This document shows, piece after piece, positions 41,408 through 48,709 of a stretch of DNA of 64,000 nucleotides. The notes beneath the pieces were generated by a model. The model ran no database searches. It had not been told where the DNA came from and saw nothing but the letters and a program-made list of their open reading frames with translations. The DNA comes from an uncultured virus (IMG/VR IMGVR_UViG_3300029928_000270) (lineage: Duplodnaviria > Heunggongvirae > Uroviricota > Caudoviricetes). Numbering within the stretch: position 1 is the first letter of the stretch; each line of letters begins with the position of its first letter. The stretch lies in the IMG/VR virus record IMGVR_UViG_3300029928_000270; one strand, written 5' to 3'. The position numbers and the translations under genes were made by a program.

Positions 41408-41785
41408 ATGAAGTGTCCTTATTTTAATGCAAGAGATTGTTTTAGCAATGCTTTTATAGCGTTAAGTATGCAGAGAGGTACTACTTGTTTACCTCTTTAT
41501 CTTTCTGATGTTGAGAAATACATGAAAGAGTTTCAGGAGATGATTATAAGGTGTAGTTTTTACGATGCAGAGGATGTACAGCAGGTAGGTAGTATTGATG
41601 ATTTTCTTATAGAAAATCTCATGTTCAAAGCAGGAAAAGATGCTAAGGGAGTATACTATAAAGTAGTTGATGGGTATTCTCTTGATGTATTCTCCTTAGT
41701 TTGCAAGTACAGATTAGGAATAAGCCTTGAGTTGCTTCAGATTTATCAATATTTAGACCATAATTTTGAATTTTGTTTAAGTTAA
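41408..41785 (+). CDS. Hypothetical protein, weakly similar to 43738
   Basis: D..SNA.I.....L..Y pattern shared with 43738; GGAGG RBS. Confidence 0.65.
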   Translation: MKCPYFNARDCFSNAFIALSMQRGTTCLPLYLSDVEKYMKEFQEMIIRCSFYDAEDVQQVGSIDDFLIENLMFKAGKDAKGVYYKVVDGYSLDVFSLVCKYRLGISLELLQIYQYLDHNFEFCLS

Positions 41786-41788
41786 TGG

Positions 41789-41817
41789 TTGACTTTTGGT
41801 CAGTTGTATGGTATAAT
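41789..41817 (+). promoter_or_regulatory. Strong sigmaA-type promoter driving the tRNA/ncRNA cluster
   Basis: TTGACT-17 bp-TATAAT with extended TG. Confidence 0.85.
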
Positions 41818-41857
41818 TTATTCATACTTAAAGGTTTAGGCACCTCGACAAGTATAC

Positions 41858-42042
41858 GGCTTAATACACCTCAGCTACAAGAGGTCTGTTATAAGCGACA
41901 AGGCTTGGCAGATAGAACTTCAGAGTGTATCGATGCAAACAAACTTTGCGACAGGTATAGTTCGGCTTAGGGTCTATTAATGATAGATGGGTAAGTTAGA
42001 ACACCGTCGAAAGGGAGACACGGTATCCACAAGTATTAAGCC
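41858..42042 (+). ncRNA. Unidentified multibranch structured RNA (domain A)
   Basis: Perfect 10-bp closing stem GGCTTAATAC/GTATTAAGCC enclosing about five hairpins. Confidence 0.6.
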
Positions 42043-42048
42043 ACTTTT

Positions 42049-42136
42049 GCAGTAGTACTCAAGTGGTTGAAGAGGCTCCCCTGCTAAGGGAGTAGTTCGT
42101 TAAATCGAAGCGTGAGTTCAAATCTCACCTACTGCG
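42049..42136 (+). tRNA. tRNA-Ser(GCT)
   Basis: GCAGTAG/CTACTGC acceptor, CTCCC-CTGCTAA-GGGAG anticodon arm, long variable arm, G73; CCA not encoded. Confidence 0.95.
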
Positions 42137-42169
42137 CTCCCCGATAGGGTATTTAATAAAGTTTTTTTT

Positions 42170-42259
42170 GGTGTAGTACTCAAGTGGCTTAAGAGAGCGG
42201 TCTTGAAAACCGTTAGTCCGATGTGAGTCGGAGCGTGGGTTCAAATCCTACCTACACCG
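42170..42259 (+). tRNA. tRNA-Ser(TGA)
   Basis: GGTGTAG/CTACACC acceptor, GCGGT-CTTGAAA-ACCGT, long variable arm, G73; CCA not encoded. Confidence 0.95.
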
Positions 42260-42281
42260 TTCTGCAGTAGCTCCATTGCAG

Positions 42282-42566
42282 ATTATAGTGTGAATGTGGC
42301 GGAGTTCTGCCACAGTATGAGGTTCTACGGTTGGGAGGTGTCGCTCCCATAGTCGTAGGAAAGGGCTACGATGGGCGGTGTCGCATCCATCGAACCTCAG
42401 ACAGAATGGACAAATGCAGTGTTCCACCCATCACAGATTGTAGTTGGGTTCTTATCAGAGCAAGGAATGATGAATTCCCTAAAATGTTGCATTTAGGAGA
42501 GAACAGACCCATATATGTTCCTCTGAATTTTGAAGTATGGAGTCAGTCACGGCAGAGATGCCGTGC
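42282..42566 (+). ncRNA. Unidentified structured RNA (domain B) with twin GUGUCG-loop hairpins
   Basis: Nested stems ATTATAGTGTGA/TCACAGATTGTAGT, TGTGGCGGA/TCTGCCACA, TGAGGTTC/GAACCTCA, TGGGTT/GACCCA, CACGGCA-GAGA-TGCCGTG. Confidence 0.6.
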
Positions 42567-42585
42567 AAATTTTTGAAGAGTTTTT

Positions 42586-42659
42586 GGACTCTTAGCTCAG
42601 TTGGTTAGAGCAACCGGCTCATAACCGGTCGGTCGTAGGTTCGAGTCCTACAGAGTCCA
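42586..42659 (+). tRNA. tRNA with CAT anticodon, most likely tRNA-Ile2 (lysidine type)
   Basis: GGACTCT/AGAGTCC acceptor, ACCGG-CTCATAA-CCGGT; body resembles Firmicutes tRNA-Ile2 rather than initiator Met. Confidence 0.85.
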
Positions 42660-42683
42660 CTTGGTACATTTTAATAATCTTGT

Positions 42684-42909
42684 AGGGTTGCAACAGACGG
42701 TTGTGTAAACTGACTCAGTCTTTGACTGGTATGCGAAGAAGTCCCGAAAAAGTGGCACTAATGTGATTGAAAAATCGCACCTATGAGGAAAATGCTCAAT
42801 GTACCTATTTTTACTGGATTTCCATAGCCTGCGTCCAGTTGGTTGGAAACCCGTATCAGTTGGCACTGGTGTAACAGCCAGTGTTAGCATTGGGGGACGG
42901 CATAACCCT
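42684..42909 (+). ncRNA. Unidentified structured RNA (domain C)
   Basis: AGGGTT/AACCCT closure, GACTGGTATG/CGTATCAGTT helix, TGTGATT-GAAA-AATCGCA tetraloop hairpin, CACTGG/CCAGTG hairpin. Confidence 0.55.
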
Positions 42910-42930
42910 TATATCCTTTCTTTTGTGGTA

Positions 42931-43018
42931 TGAGATGTGGCGAAACGGTAACGCATCGGGTATTTCTCTGGTCGGGAGATTACCTTGAGTATTGGAGGTT
43001 CGACTCCTCTCATCTCAT
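42931..43018 (+). ncRNA. tRNA-like RNA with a 33-nt elongated anticodon arm
   Basis: TGAGATG/CATCTCA acceptor, GCG-AAACGGTAA-CGC D arm, GGAGG-TTCGACT-CCTCT T arm; no canonical anticodon loop. Confidence 0.75.
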
Positions 43019-43199
43019 ATCTTGTGCAGTAGCGCAAGACGTACGCTTTTGTTTTTCTATGTGTTTTATTTGCATGCTAAGAAACGTTAGCTCTTGGGGG
43101 CATGCATTTTGGGCTGAGTAAGAGCGACACTTCTCTCAGATACGTGGGACGGTTCAGCCCTCTCCACCCAGTTTAGTAGGTGAAATATTGTAGTTATTA

Positions 43200-43259
43200 A
43201 TGGGTATTAGCTCTGTTAGCATAACTTAAGTTCTGCTAATTTTGTTAGTATCCATTTTT
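43200..43259 (+). terminator. Long hairpin plus U tract closing the RNA cluster
   Basis: ATGGGTATTAGC...GTTAGTATCCAT followed by TTTTT. Confidence 0.65.
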
Positions 43260-43335
43260 ATGTATGAGTCAAACTTAAAATTCACTTAATACTATGTTAT
43301 AATAGCAGTAATAAATATGAAGTGGGTGATTTTGT

Positions 43336-43737
43336 ATGGTATATATAAGCGGTATACATGCATTAAATATAGAGGATAGTTTGGAAACTTGTGGAGATTG
43401 GCATACTTCAGCGTTAAGTTGGAGTAACCTTGACTTGCGAGATAGTTCTAATTCAGTGTTTGGCTCTTGGGGTATTGAGTCAAACAAGAAGGTGCCAGAG
43501 CATGAGGAGTTGTATAATGTAGCAAACACCTTAAGGGCAGTTTTAGATTTAATGTCTGATGGTCAGGTTGGGTATTTACGTAACTTCAGAGATGATTTCT
43601 TCTGTGCGGATAAGTATAATGAAGAGTTTTTCAGATAGGTGATTTTGCTTAAAGACAATGAGCATTGGTTTGAAATAAATGCTTTAATGAAGCGTGAGTT
43701 TATGTATGAGTGGGACTTGTTTGTGGAGGGTATGTAG
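43336..43737 (+). pseudogene. Gene interrupted by an in-frame TAG at 43636-43638 (ISGIHALN..CGDWH family)
   Basis: Frame continues for 32 codons after the TAG (VILLKDNEHWFEINALMKREFMYEWDLFVEGM*) and stops flush with the next start at 43738. Confidence 0.6.
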
Positions 43738-44121
43738 TTGTATAGAATAGGTATTGAGGATTTAGCTTCAAATGCGTTGATAGAGTGCTTAAAGAATAAA
43801 GAGGGAGACCTCTCAAGTTATGTAGTTACATATAAAACCTTGGAGCGTTATGGAAAACAGGTTCAGGAGAGTTTAAAGGAGAGAGGCATAAACAGCTTGT
43901 TAGTTTTCGGACGTTGCAATACGTATAGAATGTATCATGAGCATAGCAAGTTTTTTGTTGAAGGTATTTCTGCAGAGGGTGAAGGCGTTTCACTTGTAAG
44001 TGGAGTTACTGTAAAGGATTTAATTGAGAGCTGGAGAATGTTTACTTCAGTTGACTTATTAGTTACATACATGGATAAAACTGCCTTAAGAGGTATAGAT
44101 GTAGTTGAAAGAATTAAATAG
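43738..44121 (+). CDS. Hypothetical protein
   Basis: GGAGGG RBS, TTG start. Confidence 0.7.
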   Translation: MYRIGIEDLASNALIECLKNKEGDLSSYVVTYKTLERYGKQVQESLKERGINSLLVFGRCNTYRMYHEHSKFFVEGISAEGEGVSLVSGVTVKDLIESWRMFTSVDLLVTYMDKTALRGIDVVERIK

Positions 44122-44145
44122 GTGCAGCAAGAGGGAGGTATAAGT

Positions 44146-44640
44146 ATGTTTTATTTAAAGGATTATTATGATGCACACGGTACAGACAGGAAGTTGGTAA
44201 TAGTAGATACATCGGATAATGTTGAGGAAACTTATCCTCAGGAGGTTATCTTTGATGCAATGAGGAAGTCACGCTTCAATCTCAAGATTTTGGGTATTGT
44301 GTACTCAGGTTCGGATTTCAGACTTAATAAGTACTGCAGAAGTTTAGTATATCTTGAAAACCTATCAAATGGGGACTGCTTAAAACTTATTTATCGTGAC
44401 AGTTCATGTAATCCTGATAGATATGTTTTATATCTTGGTGTTGGTGCTGATTCTGTTACTGAGAAATTCTTGGATATTGACGGCAAGATTCTTAAGTATA
44501 GAAAAGATAGGTTTCTTAAGGGCTTAGTAAAAGTGCAGTTGCACAAAGAGGGTATTGATGCGGACAATGGAACTCCAGTAGTTCCAAAGGGCGTTGAGTT
44601 AGAGTTAAAACAGGTTTATGCAAATGCTCAAAGGAGGTAA
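44146..44640 (+). CDS. DTxD-module family protein
   Basis: MFYL...LVIVDTSDNVEETY...KILGI. Confidence 0.75.
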   Translation: MFYLKDYYDAHGTDRKLVIVDTSDNVEETYPQEVIFDAMRKSRFNLKILGIVYSGSDFRLNKYCRSLVYLENLSNGDCLKLIYRDSSCNPDRYVLYLGVGADSVTEKFLDIDGKILKYRKDRFLKGLVKVQLHKEGIDADNGTPVVPKGVELELKQVYANAQRR

Positions 44641-44648
44641 ATTAAGGT

Positions 44649-45155
44649 ATGTTTTATGTAACGAAGAGAGTTGATAGTCATCATTTTATGGTGAAAGATA
44701 CTTATGACGGCGCAGTAGAGATGTACTCTGATGAGCAGTTGTATAATGTGGTAAAGAATGGGGTAGTACGTGTTCTTGGTGTGCATTATAAGGTTTCTAA
44801 GGAAGGTATAGAAGCATTTATAGTTGTGCCTGCCAGTAAGAGTGGTGCACTTGAAGATGCAGATTGCTTTGATGATTATGCAAGACATGTATTAACTAAC
44901 CAGTTAAGGGTGGTTGGTGTTAGGTTTTCTGAGTCAGATTGTATCTACGAGGACAGTATTTTGACTGTTGCAATACCTTTTATTTGTGGAGAGTCTGCTT
45001 GGAGGGTTAATGAGTATGGTGAGTGGGTTCTTGTAAATAAGGGTCTTGAAAGACAAGTTATAAGGGAGACAATGCGGTGTGCAAAGGAAGAGGGAATTAA
45101 GATTTGCATTTATCATGGAGAAAAAGGCTACACCTACTTCAGATTTGATGTGTAA
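44649..45155 (+). CDS. DTxD-module family protein
   Basis: MFYV...FMVKDTYDGAVEMY...RVLGV. Confidence 0.75.
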   Translation: MFYVTKRVDSHHFMVKDTYDGAVEMYSDEQLYNVVKNGVVRVLGVHYKVSKEGIEAFIVVPASKSGALEDADCFDDYARHVLTNQLRVVGVRFSESDCIYEDSILTVAIPFICGESAWRVNEYGEWVLVNKGLERQVIRETMRCAKEEGIKICIYHGEKGYTYFRFDV

Positions 45156-45250
45156 CTAATATTTGTATCAAAAAGCATAAAATCTCTGCTTGACTTTTCT
45201 TAAGTTACATGGTAAAATATGTTAGCAAAGTCAAAAGAGGGGTATTTGTT

Positions 45251-45694
45251 ATGGTAGTTATTGAGAACCGTTCTGCACGTTACAATTACTTCATTGAAGA
45301 CACTTTAGAGTGTGGAATTTCCTTGAAAGGCAATGAGGTAAAGAGTATCAGAGCAGGAAAAGCAAGTATAAATGAAGCATGGTGTCAGATACAGGATGGC
45401 AATCTTGTAGTGAGGGGTATGTTTATCTCTAAGTGGGACACTGCTAACTCTTTTGATGTAGAGGAGAGAAGAGAACGTCAGTTATTAGCGCACAAGCGTG
45501 AAATTCTCAAAGTTAAGCAGAGCATTTCTGAAGTTGGTTACACTTTAGTGCCTTTGAAGGTTTATTTTGTAGGTTCTAAGTGTAAGATGCTTGTAGGTAT
45601 CTGCAAAGGCAAGCATGTCTACGATAAGAGAGAGGTTCTGAAGAAGAAAACCGTTGACATGAGTATAAGAAAAGCCATGAAAGGCTCTTTGTAA
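45251..45694 (+). CDS. smpB: SsrA-binding protein SmpB
   Basis: ENRSARYNYFI..ECGISLKGNEVKSIRAG...LLAHKREI...TLVPLKVYF...GKHVYDKRE; promoter TTGACT..TAAAAT at ~45190. Confidence 0.97.
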   Translation: MVVIENRSARYNYFIEDTLECGISLKGNEVKSIRAGKASINEAWCQIQDGNLVVRGMFISKWDTANSFDVEERRERQLLAHKREILKVKQSISEVGYTLVPLKVYFVGSKCKMLVGICKGKHVYDKREVLKKKTVDMSIRKAMKGSL

Positions 45695-45706
45695 TGGAGG
45701 GTATTT

Positions 45707-45850
45707 ATGAAGATGTCAGTTGAAGTTAAAACTCCAATGACCTCAGAAGATATTGAGCATGAGGTAGTTGGTTCTACAAGAGTAATGGGTATGGTAGTAA
45801 TTGTGACTCTTGCATTACTTGCGTTTGTGATTGTCGCAGTTATTATATAA
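45707..45850 (+). CDS. 47-aa protein with C-terminal TM helix, between smpB and ssrA (absent from the ORF track)
   Basis: GGAGGG RBS; MKMSVEVKTPMTSEDIEHEVVGSTRVMGMVVIVTLALLAFVIVAVII*. Confidence 0.65.
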   Translation: MKMSVEVKTPMTSEDIEHEVVGSTRVMGMVVIVTLALLAFVIVAVII

Positions 45851-45857
45851 CATTTAA

Positions 45858-46222
45858 GGGTTAGTAAAGGTTTCGACAGGGACTTGAAAGCCTGCATTAC
45901 ACTTAGGGTGGTAACCTTATATAACCAAACCAAATAAACGCTAACAAACGTTTAGTTGCCGTAGCAGCCTAATAGGTGTGTTACACCAAAAAGGTAGTCG
46001 GGTGGATAGGCTACTTGAGGTTCAAAAAGTTCCACGCTTTGTTGATGCTCAGATTCTAAAGAGGTACGAGCGACCCAGTAAAGCGAGCATACGCAGTCAT
46101 GTAGGGATTTAGGACGCCCTGAGTAGTGATTGGGAAGATACATACTGAAGTCCGAGAGATGAGTGTAGTAAGGTGTAGGTTAATAGGGTTTTTGGACAGG
46201 GGTTCGATTCCCCTCTAATCCA
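45858..46222 (+). ncRNA. ssrA: tmRNA, tag (A)ANKRLVAVAA
   Basis: 5' GGGTTAG-TAAAGGTTTCGAC, 3' AGGGG-TTCGATT-CCCCT-CTAATCC-A with G3:U70; resume codon GCT at 45940 after ATAAAC; TAA TAG at 45970-45975. Confidence 0.95.
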
Positions 46223-46375
46223 TTTTTCGTTCAGAGTGAGCGGATACGTTTCGGTAGATACGAAAACCGATGTGCAATGATAGTAGTTCAATGCTGAGGG
46301 CGGCTGAGATTAAAGACAGGAGGGTGAAGTCTTGGGAAGTCGCTACTGGAGTTGCTCAAACAAGTGGGGGTATTT

Positions 46376-46894
46376 ATGTTTTACGTTTCAGAACTTAGAG
46401 GAAGGATGCATAACGGTTTTGTAGGAGTCACAGATACTACTGACGGTGTAACAGAATACTATGCAGATAATGTCCTTGTTAAGTTAATCCAAAGTAAAGA
46501 AATACCCAGTGAGATTTATGGTATTGATATTTATAATAATACGTTAGAGGCTACTGTTTTACATATAGATAAGACTTTGGATGAGTCCGAGTTACGTAAA
46601 CGCATAGATAATTGGAAACGTGTGCATAATCCTTGGACTGGTTTGCCAGTTAAGTATTATTTGGCAGAGTCTAAGGTTGGAACAGTTATAATTGTTAAGT
46701 ACACAGACACAACACCCGAGGGTAGGGTATTCAGTGGTACTTCAAAGATTACTCGTTTATCTTATGACAAATGGGTATTTGAGGATGATAATAGTACTTT
46801 TTCAGGTCAGACTGGAGATACAAGTTTTGCTACAAGTTGTGTTGAGTCCTCAGCCGTATACATGAGGTTGCAGTCAGTACATGTAAGAAGTTAA
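46376..46894 (+). CDS. DTxD-module family protein
   Basis: MFYVS...VGVTDTTDGVTEYY...EIYGI; paralogue of 46916. Confidence 0.8.
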   Translation: MFYVSELRGRMHNGFVGVTDTTDGVTEYYADNVLVKLIQSKEIPSEIYGIDIYNNTLEATVLHIDKTLDESELRKRIDNWKRVHNPWTGLPVKYYLAESKVGTVIIVKYTDTTPEGRVFSGTSKITRLSYDKWVFEDDNSTFSGQTGDTSFATSCVESSAVYMRLQSVHVRS

Positions 46895-46915
46895 GTATCA
46901 GAGGGGGGTATTTGA

Positions 46916-47428
46916 ATGTTTTATGTGTCAGATATTAAAACCAGAGGTAAGTTTAAACTTGTAGGTGTGTCAGATACAAAAGACGGAGTTACAGAGTATT
47001 ATAGAGAGGATGCTCTCCTTAATCTGTTAAACGACAGAAAGGTTTATTGTGAGATATATGGAGTATTACCTCATGCAGATGAATTATGGCTTATTGCCTT
47101 GACTTTGAATAAGGATATAACTGCTAATGAGTTGAAGCATCGCATCCTTAATTGGAGAAAGGTTCTTAGCCCAGAGTCTAAGTTGCTTGTGCAGTACTAT
47201 CTTTTCGAAGCTAAGATTGGAACTGCAATGACTATTGCAGTTGACAAAATTGGAGATAACGGTCAGAGGTTTAAGTATGGTATACGCTATGTTAAGATAG
47301 ATGAGGATACATGGGAGTATAATAATACTTTATTTAACTCAAAAGGATTGGCAGATTTCTTAATGGGGAGCGGTGTCGTAGCTTTCAGTGTTGGGTATGA
47401 TGATTATTTTGAAAAAGTAGTTTTTTGA
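46916..47428 (+). CDS. DTxD-module family protein
   Basis: MFYVS...VGVSDTKDGVTEYY...EIYGV. Confidence 0.8.
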   Translation: MFYVSDIKTRGKFKLVGVSDTKDGVTEYYREDALLNLLNDRKVYCEIYGVLPHADELWLIALTLNKDITANELKHRILNWRKVLSPESKLLVQYYLFEAKIGTAMTIAVDKIGDNGQRFKYGIRYVKIDEDTWEYNNTLFNSKGLADFLMGSGVVAFSVGYDDYFEKVVF

Positions 47429-47477
47429 TGGAGGTAGTTATGCACTACATACAGGGTATTGTGAGAAATTAGTTTTT

Positions 47478-47550
47478 CGGGGTGTAGGTCAAGTGGTAGA
47501 CCGCTACATTTGGGATGTAGACGTTGCAAGTTCGAGTCTTGTCACTCCGA
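47478..47550 (+). tRNA. tRNA-Pro(TGG)
   Basis: CGGGGTG/CACTCCG acceptor, CTACA-TTTGGGA-TGTAG, GCAAG-TTCGAGT-CTTGT; CCA not encoded. Confidence 0.95.
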
Positions 47551-47681
47551 TTCAGCCGTATTTGGCTGAGGTACATAAATGTTGCCCATCGTTTGTCATT
47601 TTGGGTGGGCACCTCCTTTCTCCTATTTTTATTTTGCTTGCAGAGGAGCCTGCTTTGTGGTCAGGTGTCGATTCTGCTGTT

Positions 47682-47816
47682 ACAGTTTCTCACAACGTAG
47701 ATGGAGATGTTGTATTGGTTTTCGAGACCAGTACGCATCTCCGTTTACATTTGTGGGTATTGCGATGTAGAAGTAATATAATCGAATTTGAATTTTTAGT
47801 TCATCGGGGAGACTGT
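47682..47816 (+). ncRNA. Structured RNA or 5' leader upstream of tip gene 1
   Basis: ACAGTTTCTC/GGGAGACTGT closing stem around a ~23-bp hairpin (47697-47748). Confidence 0.5.
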
Positions 47817-47849
47817 GGACTTTATTCTTTAAGAATGGAGGTAATATTG

Positions 47850-48641
47850 ATGAAGGCAAGAAAGATGTTAGTTGCATTGGGTTTGTCAGTAGTTTTGTTT
47901 TTAACTGGAAGTAATTTTACTGTTAATGCCGCCAGTAATGAAGTTGGTTCTGTAAGTATCACTCATGCCCATGTGAGTGATGCAACTAATGGGGGGGGTT
48001 GCTATATCACTCCGCACATTGTTAGTTACGGTACTAAGAATGTGAACGTAACTTGTGGTGGTTCGTATGGCGGTGGTACTGCAACGGGTGGTACTATTGG
48101 CGGTAAACCAACCTACACTTATACGTGTACAAGATGTGGTAATGTATGGACAGGTTGGGCAGAGTCAAAGCCCTCTAACTGCGATAAGGTAACTGGTACA
48201 AGAAAGGTTTGTAAGAAGTGTGGTAGTAGTTCTTGTAACGGTGACCATCAGGAAGGCTACGATTTAGCATGTGGCATGACTGATGGTCAGGTTCTTGGAA
48301 CTTATACCTTAGTTAAGCAGGACGGTAAGGACTATACATTGTCAGTTGTAACTGATACTGGAAGTTTAGAAGTAAAATCCTATAAGTGGAATGATGGTTC
48401 GACTGGCAGTTCTTATGCAGTAAAGTCAGACGGCTCTTACTCTTGTGTGGTAACAGTCAACGATGGGTATGCAGACCGCATAGGAACATTAAGTTATACA
48501 GTTACGGATTACGATAAGGAACCACCAGTTATAGGTTCTGTAACTTATAATAAGGATAGAACGAAAAATCCAGTTGATATTGTTGTAGTTGCAACAGATG
48601 AAATTTCAGGTGTAGCAGGATACATGATAGAGAAGAAATAA
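47850..48641 (+). CDS. Secreted Cys/His-rich protein with one Ig-like domain and a C-terminal half domain ('tip 1')
   Basis: GGAGG RBS, signal peptide, HAH...GGCY...CG, ends DYDKEPPVI...ATDEISGVAGYMIEKK; the track start 47493 lies inside tRNA-Pro. Confidence 0.85.
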   Translation: MKARKMLVALGLSVVLFLTGSNFTVNAASNEVGSVSITHAHVSDATNGGGCYITPHIVSYGTKNVNVTCGGSYGGGTATGGTIGGKPTYTYTCTRCGNVWTGWAESKPSNCDKVTGTRKVCKKCGSSSCNGDHQEGYDLACGMTDGQVLGTYTLVKQDGKDYTLSVVTDTGSLEVKSYKWNDGSTGSSYAVKSDGSYSCVVTVNDGYADRIGTLSYTVTDYDKEPPVIGSVTYNKDRTKNPVDIVVVATDEISGVAGYMIEKK

Positions 48642-48709
48642 TTCATAAGATACCCTTTACTTAGACTTAGAATAATGTTATAATATAAGCCAAAGTGGAG
48701 GGTATATTT

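Noticed and set aside
42136..42530. tRNA-associated theta/HDV-like ribozymes or a group I intron
   Set aside because: Sequences right after the tRNA 3' ends are simple hairpins; the possible pseudoknot at ~42445-42526 lacks HDV topology; no group I P7 core motifs were found.
41773..43121. Short ORFs 41773, 42331, 42648(-) and 42930 in the RNA cluster
   Set aside because: They overlap the promoter, tRNA-like or stem-rich sequence and lack convincing RBSs or protein features.
47440..47472. 10-codon ORF MHYIQGIVRN with good RBS before tRNA-Pro
   Set aside because: Too short to support; probably a gene remnant.
47640..47680. SRP RNA (GGTCAGG seen)
   Set aside because: The GNRA loop and GGAAGCAG half of the conserved domain are absent.
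47493..47849. N-terminal 119 aa of the 382-aa track ORF
   Set aside because: Runs through tRNA-Pro and structured RNA; the RBS and signal peptide start at 47850.
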